Shown in pieces: positions 1-13,432 of a DNA stretch of 64,000 nt; within the stretch, counting starts at the first letter, position 1, and every line of letters starts with the position of its first letter. Source of the DNA: Chlorokybus atmophyticus (Eukaryota; Plantae; Mesostigma and Chlorokybus algae); contig RHPI01000193.1 in NCBI GenBank assembly GCA_009103225.1, forward strand, positions 62,001 to 126,000. Direction: 5' to 3'. Both the position numbers and the translations under genes were made by a program. The notes beneath the pieces were generated by a model, which ran no database searches, was not told the origin of the DNA, and saw nothing but the letters and a program-made list of their open reading frames with translations.

Positions 1-3000
1 TGAACACCAACCCCGGCGAGAAGGTTCTCATCAGGCTTCACGGCTCGGACGCTGAGAACGGCACAGAGCTGGACTTCATCTTGACTGCTCTGCCCCACAA
101 GGGTCTTTTGTACGAAGCCAACAGCCGAGGCAGGACGCGTGGCGGCCCTCTCAACGCAATCAACACCAAGGTTGACAACTATGTCGTGTACGTCCCGGAT
201 GCCAATGGCCGCGACAGTGGCGACGACGTGTACGACAAGTTTGCGTATGTAGCTTCAGATGGCCTCTTGTTGTCACAAGAGGCTTACATCAGCATCCACG
301 TCAACCCTGTCGGCTTCGTCGCTAGCCCTGTTGCTGGTGATGCTGGCTATGCCCTGTCCTTTGATGGTGTTACTGACAAGGTAAGAGGGTGTGCTGGAAG
401 CAGGGTAATAATGTAACACAAGTTCTGAGCAACCCACAAGCACTGACCGACTGGTGCGTGCAGGTGGTGTTGAAGTCGTTGCGATCATATGGTGCGAACG
501 AGTCCATGACCATCGAAGCCTGGTTCAAGACCTTCGCCAACACGCTTGTTGATGACATGACGCTGGTTAGTGCGGGACCCTTGACCGTATACTGGTCGCG
601 TGTGGCCGGCCTGACCATTAGCATCAACGGCGTGGAAGCCAGCACTTACGCCGCATACAACGATGGCTCCTGGCATCACCTTTCAATCTCAGTAGGTGAC
701 AATGCGACCTCCATCATCGTCGATGGCGAGTTGAGGGCTTTCAGTCTGCTCGGCAATGTGGCAATGGCAGTTGACGAGCAAGTGGTCATTGGCATTGATG
801 CCGATGGTCTGGGCGCATTTGGTGGCCAGCTCGACGAGTTGAGCATCTGGTCGCACGCACGTAGCGTGGATGAGGTTGCACACAGTGCTCAGGGCGCTCT
901 GACGCGCGGCGCTAAGGGGCTGAAGGCATACTACAGGTTCAACGAAGCACAGGTGCGTCTTAGTGTGGTTATGCAATTTCAATAGATTACAAGGGCATGC
1001 AATGAATACATTTGTGTGGGGCTCGGGTTGTGCTTTGTAAGATGAGACTGAGTGTTTGTGTGCAACTGTGTCACAGGGTTCTGGCATCACTGATGAGGTT
1101 AGTGGCCATCTGCTGGAGGACGCTCTGGGTGGCAGCGGTGTAGCGGAGATGCAGCCTACGTGGGTTGTCTCAAGCGTTGGTGTTGGCAATGTTGCCAATG
1201 CAACGCAGGGCGTGGATATGCTGCTGAACCTGACTGGCTCGTCGGAGTCCATGGATACTTACGACCTGATCATCGTGGAGCTCCCGAGGCAAGGCGCTTT
1301 GTATGAGGTGGAGGCCAACGGCACTCGCGGAACCAACATCACGTACACGCCGTGGGCGGTGTCCACCAGGGCCGTCATCTACAACTCTGGCTCATACAGC
1401 GGCGCATTTGGGGACAACTTTGGCACATTTGTATATGTTGCAGGCGAGGCTGATGAGGTTCTGGACATCAACTTGGACACCTTCTACGATCATCAGGCGG
1501 ATCAGTGGTCACTTGGGCGTGTGTCGCCACACCAGGCATATGTTGTACATGTTGCGCATCGCCCGGTTGTTGTGATCACAATCAATGAAGACCTCGCACC
1601 TGAGCCGGTTGCTGATGAGCACGCGGTGATGCCGATTGCGGGAGAGGCGGGCGCGGCGTTGCAGTTTAACGGCGTGGCCACAGAGATGACGCTCGGGCGT
1701 GTGCACAACTACCTGAACGACAGCTTCACGTTGGGCTTGTGGTTCCGCACGACGGCGGCCCCGTCGCCAGCTGGCATGGCGCTGGTCAGCTCCGACTTCA
1801 TCTCCATCGGTTGGGACCTTGTGTGGGGTCTGCATGTGCGCGTTGGAGAGTACATCGCACCTACTCTGCAAAACTTCAATGACGCCAGCTGGCATTTCCT
1901 CGCCGCGGAGTGGAACACAACTTACCTGTCAATTTATGTGGACGCGCAACACTATGCATCCATCCCAACTTTACCGTACCTCCAAGTCAATGACTCACTG
2001 ATTGTAATTGGCGTAGACTCGGTTTGCGATGGCTTCAACGGTCAGCTCGATGAGGTTTCAATCTGGTCTGTGAGCGTTGCCGACAATGTGTCCAGGACTG
2101 CTTTTGAGGACAGAATACCTTTCACTGGCAATGAGACCGGCCTGGCGGGTTACTGGCGGTTTAACGGCCATGTGGACGCTGTGTTGTTCAGCGAAATGGC
2201 TGTCTACAACAGCAGTGAAGAGGAGTTTGTGTTCGGGGAAAGTGGAAAGGTCAACACACAGCCGGCGATTGTGGCATCAACGATAGCCAACTTCTCAAGA
2301 CCAGTTGTTACTAATGAAGACGAGCCTGTCGGCATTCATGTTGTGGCCTTGACGTTCACTGAGGATGAGCAAGCAACCCGGCTCAAAATTGTTCGTGCCC
2401 CCTACCATGGCAAGTTAACCCAACATGGACACAGGGTCAGGCAGGACGACAGTGTGAGCGCAGACGTGTTGGTCTACACGCCCGATCTGCATTACGTCGG
2501 TGTCGACAGCTTTGTTTACGCTGCGGATGATGGCGTGCAACAGTCTGACTCTCATGAGGTGAACATCACCATTATCAGAATGCAGCATCGCCCGACCGTA
2601 AGAGACATTGAGGTCGAGGCCAACATGCACAGCTGGGAGCCGGTCACCATCCATCTGCATGGCCACCATGTGCACTATGAGCCACTCGTGTACTGTGTCA
2701 CGACTCTGCCTGTCAGCGGGTTACTCTACGATCCCACCGACAACACGACGGACACGCCTCTCCAGCCTAACTCTTGCTTGGTCTCCGGCCGAGTCATTGT
2801 GTACACGCCGCTACCAGCCGTTAACGCATCAGCGGGTGATAGCTTCGGCTACACGGCCAGCACGCATGACGGGTGGCTAAGTGCAGAAGGCCGCGTGACA
2901 ATCACTCCCGAGGCTGTATTCCTCCCACCCGGCAGCACACCTCTCCCGGGTGCGGGTGGCTTTGCGCTTGCGTTCAATGGCGATTCGGTTGCCACACTTG

Positions 3001-6000
3001 GCAGCATTGGCGACCATGGTTTGGGTTTAGACAACGATGCATCCTTCGTCAACGAGATGACCCTATCAATCCAGTTCAGAACGGCTTATGCAGCAGAGGG
3101 CAGCACTCTGATTAGGTTCGGCCCGCTCGCGTTGGAATGGAGCAGCGCGCTCGGCCTGTACGCTGTTGTTGAGGAAGGTGCCAATGATGAAGTGGTGCTG
3201 CCAACATACCAGCCATGGAATGATGGCGTGTGGCACATTGCTTCGGTTACAGTGAATTCAACGCACGCGAGCTTAGCTGTCAACGGGAGCGTCTTGGCTG
3301 CGCAAAAAGTCGCCAATGTCACCTTTGTTGCTTCTGACGTGGTTGTGTTGGGATCCAACTCACCTTCAGAAGGTTACTTCAAGGGTGAAGTGGATGACGT
3401 GCGAGCGTACCTCAACAGCTTGAACGTAGCGCGCTTCTTTTTCAACGAGGATGTCGGCTCAGGACTCATTAACAATGTCACGGGCATGCTTGGCGGCGAG
3501 CTTGGCTACAATGGTCATCTCACCCCGCAACGCGTACCCTCAACCGCGCCAGTTGATCTGTCTTTCATGACCGAGAGCGCCATTATGAGGCTGTCGGGGC
3601 CATCTCACCGCGACATGGGCGACTTCTACATCATGAACCCAAGCTTTGTGCGCTTTGTTGTGTCGGACGCCACGAACCATACTCAGGTAAGTAGCTGGTT
3701 CAGGACTCATACCCGCAACCATGCACCCTCACGCACACTCTAACATGACACCTACCCAAATGCAGATGCCTGTGGTCAGCCTCACTGAGATATCAGATGA
3801 TGCCCACATGCTTGCTCCCACCGGAGGCAACGGTGGCTACGCCCTGTCCTTTGCCGGTGACGGCCTCTCGTACGTGTCGGTGGCCAACGCTGACATCGAG
3901 GCCGACTCGTTCACAGTGGAAGCTTGGATCAATAGCAGCGACGGCATTGATGTTGGTACCATTGTGGCTTCGGAAGCGTTTGCATTGCAGGTGAGTCAAT
4001 GGATGACAGCATAGAGTCTCCGGCGTCTTTTGCAAGTTGTGCAAATGCAGCAATTGCATGCCCCCAACCTGTTTGTCTTTGACAGGTGCACTATGCGCTT
4101 GGAGCCGTGTTTACGGTCAGGACTGGTGCTGGCCCTGTGAGCGTGGAGAGCTTTACCCAACTCAATGATGGCAACTGGCATTATCTGGCGGGCACCTGGG
4201 ACAGTCTTGGCACAATCAAGGTACCACACCGTGGCTAGAGCAGCTTTCACGTGCAGTCCTGCTTGCAATGATGGTGTCACAGTTAAAATTGTGCATATAG
4301 GCAAACACGTGCGTGTTAACATGACAGGTGTATGTTGATGGCGAGCAAGTGGGATCAGCAACAGTGGACTCCTATTCTGGCGTGCCCCTTATCCACTTGA
4401 TAACCATTGGCCAAGACATCGACGGCATGGACTCGTTTGCAGGTTTTATTGATGAGGTCAAGGTCTCAGATATGGCGTTCAACGCTGCGGAATGGGAGCC
4501 GGAGGCACCCTACTACTGGGATGCTGCAGGTACTATACCAAAGCAATGTGTGGTCTCAGCTACAGAGGGTGCACTGTTGCTAACTGTGTTGCGCGCATCA
4601 ACAGGCTTGTCGGCACCGCAATATGGCATGCCTGGGTTGAAGGCCCATTACAGAATGAACGAAGGCTCAGGGTCGCTTGTCAGTGATGCGAGCGGGTTCG
4701 GCCGTATGGGTGAGGTCCACTCTTCTGGAACACTTGCCTGGGTGATGGGCGCACCAATGGACAACTCTGTCACTCTTGCGGAAGACACCGAGGCAACTGT
4801 CATCTCCTTGCAAGTGTCTCCAACACTCACTGCTCGCGCTGTCATTGCGGGACTGCCAGCAAATGGAACTCTGTTTAATACCGCTGATGGGCTCGAGTTT
4901 GGAGAGGAGATTGAGTCTGTGCCTGCGTTGGTGACCAACGACAACGGTCTTGTCGTGTATGTTCCTGATGCGGACTTCAATGGCGAGGACCATGTGGCGT
5001 ACTATTCCATGGATCAGGAAGGACGCATCACGGACACCATCATTGTGGCGCTTGATGTTAGGGCCATCAACGACCCGCCTGTGGCCACGTATGTGTCAGC
5101 CAATGTCTCCATTGACAAGAACACCGATGCCTTGTTGAGGGTGTCTGGTAAAGATGTCGACGGGCCGCTCTCCCCGCCACACGTGTATGTTGTCACGCTT
5201 CCTCAGTTTGGCATGCTCTACCAAGTCGACCACGACAACATGACCGGCAACATGATCACGGAAGTGCCGAGCCTTGTGGAGGGAACATACGTGCTATACG
5301 TGCCTGATGTCAACGGCTACGGTGACCCTTACGACGCCGTCACGCTCATCTTGGTTGACTCTGAGGATGAAGTGTCCATGACGGAAGAGATCACCATACC
5401 TATCACGGTCAAGCCAACCTTCTTGGCTGCCGACCCGCACGCACCCATTGATCAGCCAGCTGTACCAGTAAACACGCCCGTCGCTGGTGAGAGCGGACAT
5501 GCTCTGCGGTTTGATGGTCAGACAGTATCCGTCACATTGGGTACCTCAGTGTTCTCCGCAAACGAGTCCAACATTGATGTCAGCAATGTCAACCTTGACT
5601 TCAATGGCACCTTCACGATGGAGCTCTGGTTCCGCACGTCAGCTGTGCCAGATGACTACACGACGCTGATATCAAAGGGTGTTGTGCCTCCTGTGTTCGG
5701 TGACCACTCATACTCGTTGCACTGGACCAAAATGTTTGGCCTTGGCTTCTACGTCACCACCGCCGATGGGTACACCACCGCTGCTGTGGACCCTGAGAAC
5801 CCGCAGTTCCTCAACGACGGCGCGTGGCATTTTGTGTCTGCGGTGTGGAGCACAACCGGTGGCTCTGCCTCAATGTATGTGGATGGCGAGTTAATCGCCA
5901 CAACATACTGCGACGAGTGCGAGCTGGGCATCACTCCTCTCATCGTCGACGAACTTGTCACGGTCGGCAGAAGCGCCAGTGATGTCACCACTCAGTACTT

Positions 6001-9000
6001 CGCTGGAACCATCGACGAGGTTGGTGATTTGAACGATGTATGCGTGTGCACGTGCACACATCTTACTCTGTGTTATGTGTATGTCGTTGATTGTTGCGCA
6101 ACTCTCATTTATCGCATTCTTCTCCCGTGCAGGTGCGCATGCTCAGGAGGCAGCGCAACCCATCAGAGATCTGGAATGACTGGTACGAGTACAGGGCGGC
6201 GAATGCATCGGACCCGCTTATGGCTGGGTACTGGCGCTTCAACGAGGCAGTGGGTGACTCTGTGAGCGACTCCAACCGCAAGCCGTTTACGTTGGGCGGC
6301 ACCGTTGCTGGCGCGCTTGAACATGCGTGGGTTCCAAGCACGCTGCCCATGCCTTCCGTCGCCCTCATCAACCCCACGCTGGAGTCTGTCATCATCATAC
6401 CACTTGTTGGCGGGGATGCCGATGACAACCAGCTGTCCTTCTCGCTCACCGAACTGCCTCAACTGGGCACGCTGTACCCTGTTTATGACGGCGTTGTGGA
6501 CTACTCCAGCTCTATCGACCGCAACGACTACCTACTGCCCACGCCCGCCGTTGCCTACGCCATAGGAAACCTCACCGAGCCCGTCAACAGCAACTACACG
6601 CAGTTTGACTACAGCGTGTCGGATGGCCGTGAGGTAAGTACACTCAGTTATAGCCTTCTTGTTGCTTGTTACAAGTTGGGCAATTGCAAGGGGATTTACC
6701 AAAATTGTGTTACGCAGACATCAGCTCCAGAGACGGTGTACATCAATGTGGTCGGCGTGAACCGCTCGCCTGTTGCACACGCGCAGTTTATTGATGTTCT
6801 TGAGAACACGCCCACCACCATCAAATTGGACTGCAGCGACCCTGATGGCAATGGCCTCACTGCTGTCATCATTGAGGTGAGTGGCAATGCAGTCTTCAGC
6901 ACGAGCTAGGTGAATGGCTTTGAACATGTTCTGACATCCATTTCTGCAGAGCGTATGGTTTGGCTTTGTGGACGGGTCGTACGACACTCCATACGAAGTG
7001 ACCCCTCAACCAGACGGGACTTTGACCATCTTGTACGAGCCATCAGAGTATTTCAACTCTCCTGAATACGATACCTTCACGTATGTCGCTGTGGATGATT
7101 TTGGTGCACAGTCAGAGCCCGCCACAGTGACCATCAACGTCATCGCCGTTAACAACCCACCTGTCCTCACTGCCAATCCCCGCCAGGTGTGTGCCAATTC
7201 ACGGCTGGTTTGCCAACAACATCATGTTAGACTTGTTGCAGCCACTCAACACGCGTACCTTGTTCTCACAGGGCATCTTCAAGAACTTAGCGGTGCTGAC
7301 GGGTATCTATGTGGACGATGTCGATGTGTTTGAGAGTCCTGATGGCTACTTGACTGTCACCATTACGGCCAAGACCGGCAAGCTTGGTTTGAGTGCAGAT
7401 GAAGCTCTGGGCGCGAGGGCCCCCAACAAGGTCATCATCAATGGGGATCTGATCTCAGCCAACCAGCAGCTGGCTCACGTTTGGTACCTTGCTGTCAATG
7501 GGCCCGGCTCCAATGACACACTTGATATCTTAGTCAGCGACAACGGCTTCACTGGCAGGCCGATGCAACACAATCCAATCACGGGTCAGATGGAGGTGTA
7601 CGTGTACGACAGCCTTATTGACAATGTGATGTTGTCCAATGATGGTAGCCACATCACAGTCACGTGGAAGTACCCCACCAACACAGCAGGCACGGTTGTT
7701 GGTGTTGCCTTCGACTGTTCTGATGTGCTGGAAGCAAGCACTGTAAATCGATTGGGCGATGAGGCACACTGCAACTTTATGAGTGACACAACTTTGGAGG
7801 TTTGGTTCGGAGGGTATGCAGAGCTAGTCCCTGGCGACGCTTTAGCGTTCATTCCCAACACCATTGCCGTATACGTGGGAGGCTCCTCTAACGCTGTGCC
7901 AAACAACCTTGACTCCGCGGACATTGCTGCGCCGATAAACCCAACAAGCGCCTCGGCCCTCATCTGGGGTCCCGACTCGCTCTCAAGCTGCGAGGACCTC
8001 TACATGGACGGTTACTCATCCTCGGGTGACGCCAACCGAGACCTGAGCTACCAATGGATAGTGGCAGGCCTGCCTTCACGCTTCCTCACGCTGTGGCTGA
8101 GACGCAACCCCGAGAGCTATGTCTGGTTGCCTTCCAGTGAGGTCCCCGGTGGAAAGAGTTACAGTCTCACCCTCGTTGTGAGCAACTGGCTGCGGTCTTA
8201 CAGCGCACCTGCGCTCAAGCAAGTGTACAAGTCACGTGACCCGATCCCCTATGTGGCCATTAGCGGCCCTCAGTACATTGAGTGGAGGTCAAACATCGGT
8301 CTCTTTGTCGATGCTTATGTGGACAACGCCGATTGCGTCGAGGACATCACGCCGACCTTAACACAAAAGTGGTCCGAAACGCACAACCACCTCGCAAACC
8401 TCCCGCAGCCGGACAACCTGCCCATGCTTTACATACCACCTGGCACCATGCAAGCCCTGGATAGCCCTTACACCTTTCGCATCACAGTGACAGAGTGCTA
8501 CACGCTGCCTGGGGAGGACCACGTGTCGTGCTACAACAACGCCGCAGACGCGACCGTGGCGTTGATCCCACGCCCACTTGTTGCTGACATCGAGGGTGGC
8601 CAGGCGCGCCTGGCATCCACCTCCTTGGTTCTCACATTAGATGCTTCGAGATCGTACGACCCTGAAGGCAGCACCATCAGCTTCTCTTGGTCGTGCGAGA
8701 CCTTAGCAGCCACTGGCGTCTCAATCAGCAGTTCATGCGGGAACACGCCACCTCCTTCAAGCGCGCTCTGGAAGATACCGGCAGGTTCCATTGCCGCGGG
8801 CAACTACTCGTTCACTGTCACGGTGTCCGATCCTGCCACGGGGCGCGCTGACTCCGCCACCACCATCGTGGAGATGACCGATGCCTCTGCCCCGTCCGTA
8901 ACCGTGCGCTCCTACAGCCTCCAGCACAAGGTCAATCCTGAGGACATCCTTTTGCTGGATGCGTCCTCGTCGTTCGCGCAGTCCGCGTCCGGCGCGATTC

Positions 9001-11066
9001 TCTTCAGCTGGAAGGTGCAATCGGCGCCGCTGCAGAGCTCATCCCAGTGCCAGCAGGGCCAGACACCCGAGTGCACGCAAGCACCGTCCTCCCTTCCGAA
9101 CCTGAGCAACCCCGCGGTTGTCCTCACGAGCAACACGCAGGCGATGCTAGAGCTCCAGCACAACGTGCTCGTCCCCGGCAGGTACCTCTTCACCGTGTAC
9201 GGCTACGACGCCAGCAACGTTGACATGCAGGGCTACGCCTCCATCGCTGTTGTGGTGAACTCCCCCCCCACCGGTGGCATGCTCTTGGCATCTCCTCGCA
9301 ACGGTACCGAGCTCGTGACCGTCTTCACACTCAAGGCCAGCAGCTTTGCTGATGCGGACACGCCTCTCCAGTACCAGTTTGGTATCATGGTGAAGGGCAA
9401 GTTTGTGGGGCTGTCGAGTAAGACTGCCACGGCCGTGTTCAACACCACGATGGCGGCCAACGTGACGGCCGCCGTCCGCGTGTTCGACGGCCTTGGAGCC
9501 AGCACGGTTGCCACCACGCAGGTGCAAGTGCGCATCGCCAGCGCGGGTACCAGCATCCAGGTTATCAGCAATGCGATCAACAACCTGATCAACAACATCG
9601 TGCCCAATGGCAACCCCGATGCCATCATCGCAGAGGCCATCAAGATAGGGCTGGTCATCAACAATCTGGGCAGCAACGGCAACACCACGCAGATCATGCT
9701 CTGGCGCGAACAGCTCGTGGACATTGTGCTCAAGGCTTCCCTCCTGCCTGGTGCTAATGCCGACAGCGTTGCGGACGCAATTCTCATCATCATCCCCTTC
9801 GGTGTTCCCATCACGGCACGCACGTACCAGCTGCTGATCGATTGGTTGACTGCAATCGTGGACAACTCCACTCTCCTCCCGGAGCTACTGGCGGGCAAGT
9901 ATATGCAGATAGTCAACATCCTCATGAACGCGGCGGCCAACGGGCTCGTGCAGCCGCTCGCTCCAGCCAACCGACGACGGCTCCTGGCACTCACGCAGAG
10001 CCAGTTTGCCGTCCTCGACGTGTTGGTTCAACGCATAGCGGCCCTCGCACTACACGACCCCTCCGTGCCAGCAGGCAGGTTGGTATTGCTGCCGTCGGGA
10101 GGCACACAGACCTTCACTGCCCTCGCCGTTCGCCACACGCCCACGCAACTCGCGGCTCCTTGGTCCATTGGCCCCTTCTCAGTACCAGCAATTGATGCCA
10201 GCGGCATCGGTACTGATGTGAACTTTGTCTTCCGCGCATTTAGTGCATCGCTGAACCCATACGACTTCACGGGAGAGCAGCCTTCGGCCGTGGTGCAAGG
10301 TCTGTTCCCGTATCTGTACACTACTCCCCGGGCGGGTAAGCCGGGCACAACCTTCCCGCTCGCGTTCGCATCAGAACAACCGTTCAACTTCACGCTGCCA
10401 CGCCTTGCACCCGCCATCCCACCCCTCGTGCCGTACTGCGAGGCCTACACGCCGGGCGAGAACAACTCCTCGTCCTTCTCGCTCGTGGGCACATACACGT
10501 ACCTCAACGGTGGTGACGCGACAGTGTACTGTTCCGCCAACGCACTCCCGCATGACTTCACCGCGTTCGACAAGGTCCCTGCCCCTCCCCCACCTTTCGC
10601 TCCAACACCTGGCTTCGGTCCCACTCCCGCACCCGCCCCAGGACCAGGTATTCCCATCCCAGGACCCGCACCCGCACCCACGCCAGGGTTTGGCCCTGGG
10701 CCGGGTCCAGGACCAAGCATGTCCCCGCCCGTGCCCGTGCCAACGGTCCCGCCCCCGCCTTTGCTCCCGCCGTCGTCACCACCCGGCCCACCATCAAAGG
10801 GCAAGAAGAGCCGCAATGTTGGGGCGATTGTGGGTGGTGTTGTGGGTGGTTTCTTCGCGCTCGTGTTGATCGTGCTGGCCCTCGTGGCAGCGGCCAAGAG
10901 GAAGCAGAAGAAGATGCGCAGGCTCATTATCAACGCCGACGAGGGCGAGATGCTCAGCAGCACCAACGGCGTGGTGGACGTGGGCGTGGCCGCGCGCATG
11001 GGACTGCCCCGCGCGCCCGTCGCTGGCGCCATGCGCACGTACGCCCAGCTTGAAAATGAGGAATAA
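1..11066 (+). CDS. Giant single-pass cell-surface protein, 5'-truncated by the window (>3380 aa): (Big_9/cadherin-like + LamG-like jellyroll) x5, Ig/PKD-like, REJ domain, GPS-like motif, Pro-rich stalk, TM helix, short cytoplasmic tail
   Basis: Exons <1-380, 464-952, 1077-3686, 3766-3990, 4086-4220, 4328-4529, 4605-6019, 6133-6633, 6718-6876, 6950-7186, 7272-11066 join in frame through GT-AG introns of 73-124 nt. Five LamG signatures recur (AG.AL.F.G / T.E.WF[KR] / NDG.WH / G.[LI]DE[VL]). Big_9-like repeats (e.g. GSDAENGTELDFILTALPHKG, DSFVYAADDG) lie between them. REJ hallmarks are LDASRSYDPE and VNSPPTGG...FTLKASSFADADTPLQYQF. TM VGAIVGGVVGGFFALVLIVLALVAAA (~10818-10895) is followed by KRKQKK. 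Stop TAA at 11064-11066. Confidence 0.85.
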
Positions 11067-12831
11067 GACCACCGTTCCCCCCTCCTCCGTGCGTGTGAAT
11101 AAAGGAGAGTCCTATTTCGTCTTGTTCTACACGTCCTCAAGCGCACGCTAGCACGCCAGCTCAACTCACCCACCTCACGCCCTCTGCGAGCGTCACGGCA
11201 TTGCGGCGCATTGCCGCAGCCGGCAGGTCAAGATGCGGTGCACAACTCTGGATGGGCGGTGGTGGCGTTGTTTGTTGTTTGCGCGGTCTGTTAGGGTTAA
11301 GATTTGCATGTGTGCAAGGGGTGGAAGGGGGAAAAGCAGGGGAGCATGCGCGTGTCGGGAGGGCCTCTCAGCCCAGTCACTCCTTGTAAAGGGCTTCAAA
11401 TGTGGGCTTGGGCAGCAACGACAACAAGTTCAACGTTCGCAACCCAGCGGGCGTCATGTCAGTTGCATGTGGATAGAGGGGGTAGTGGTAGCTGTAGTAG
11501 CTGTTGGCGCTGTCGTTGACAGCCTCAGTATCTTTATTTGTTCGTTGCTATATCGGACGCTTTCTGTCTGAAAAATTTTAGTTGCACCCCACGCCAGTCA
11601 TGCATATTGCCTGCCTGTTGGGCACTGCGTGCACATCAACCAATGCCTGGTACGCGTACAACAAATGAGGAACAACAACAAGTTACGCGTTGTCTGACAT
11701 AAGACGCAGAGTGGAATGCGAATGCATGCATTGCAACAGTAATCTTCCACTGTACTTGTGGCACCATTGAGAGGGCTAAGTGTTACAGTAGGGGCTTGTG
11801 TTGAAACAATATGCCCTTTTAGCAGTTAGCAAGGCAGCACAAGAATAGAGCTCGTGCTTTACCTGATATTCATGCACATTATGTTGTATTCCTTGTAATG
11901 TACAGCTTGTACAACTCGCATGTGCGTGCATTGCACACATCATAACAAAGGAACAGGAAGGGCTGCATGTGGGCATGCGCCTTCTGTTTGCACAGTTGGT
12001 GCAGCACACGCGGGCGCACACGCAAGTATGCATAAAACCGCCTGGTGGTTCTGTGCTGGCCATCTTGCGTTCCAAACTCCTGTTGTACAACTCGCATGGG
12101 TGTGTGCGCACACGCAAAACATGTGCGCGAGACAAACTTTATGTTGGTAGGACAGTATACTTATACCTGTACTTACAGGTTGGTTGCAGCAACCATAAAT
12201 GCTTTTGACGTATACGCGCGCACGTGCTCGCACATGTGCAGACACACGCACGCATATGCATAAGGTATAAGTCGTAGGGCAAAGAAGCAATCCAATTGCA
12301 TGCACACCTTTGCGCACACATACACATGCATGCACGCACATGTGAGCATGCGCATGCATGCGCATGGGCCAAGCACACAAGATGACATTGGCTGGTCAAT
12401 GCTGTCTCGCAGGACGCTACTCTAGCGGGGGTGGAGCCTTGCTTCTACCTAGCAACTCGCGCGTTGCTTTTCTGGGATTAGGGCCTTAGGTATACAGCGT
12501 TGAGATCTAGGCTGAAACCGCTTGAATGCCCATCTCAGCAACCGTGTATGTTACAGTCTAATGATGCAGAACTCAGACTGTCAATACGTCGTTTTGGATG
12601 CACAAAGTAGCAGCGTTGTTCACATATATTCGAAAGAGTTCTTCATCTCCAAATATAGCTATAAATATAGTTATCTCCAATTGTTGTTTTCATTCGGGGC
12701 TGCTTTTACCTAGCTACACAATCACATCACGATTATAGGGAAATGGAGGGGATCATTTCTAGGTGAGGAGCGGGCTTTTGACTGCGGCTCACCTCTGCTC
12801 TGCTACCAATGCTGCTGAGGGGGCCAGCACC

Positions 12832-13432
12832 ATGCGGTTGCGTCCTGCCTTGTTTGCTGGTTGGTTGTTCGGCTGACTAAATGACCAACTCCAGCGTGCT
12901 TACTACCCGCCCCCACCATAGGGGGTTTGTAACAATCCCAACCCTAGCTTTAATGTCTGGGCTACACACTCGCAGCGCCCACTTCACGCTGCCTACTTAC
13001 AGGTGTTGATGTTGTTGTTAAACTTGCAGTTGTTCTACCACGCGGTCCGTGCAACATTCATCACATGACAAGTAGTATGTGGGAGGTGTTCACCTTGTCG
13101 CAAACAATGCCCTCACAATTCCCCTTGAGCAATGTGCGAGTGAAAACGGATGGATGTGCGGCATAGTTTCGGTACTATAACACTAATTATGGTGGAAAGT
13201 ATTCAAGGGGAGATTGCAAACAATCGAGGAGACAACAACCAACCAACCATCCAGAACATATGTGCCGCATATGCTGAGGCACATGCTGCATGTCATATAC
13301 TTCAACTCAAACTATGCATCTGAGAGCGGAGGTGCAATCAACATAGACGGTCGGTATTGCGATAGTGTTGCAAACATCACCATCAGTAATACTTTCGAGT
13401 TCAATCGTGCTCAAAGCGGGGGTGGTGTTTGA
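12832..13432 (+). pseudogene. Degraded fragment of a Pmp/POMP-repeat (right-handed beta-helix) secreted-protein gene
   Basis: 13295-13432 reads FNSNYASESGGAINID...FEFNRAQSGGGV*, which is two FxxN/GG[AG][IV] repeats. 13082 reads GGVHLVANNALTI. ATG 12832 opens a hydrophobic MRLRPALFAGWLFG*. I found no continuous ORF or clean exon chain. Confidence 0.35.

Noticed and set aside
9233-11173. Long minus-strand ORFs (9233-9994, 10445-11173)
   Set aside because: These are antisense shadows of the GC-rich giant-gene exon, with no motifs of their own.
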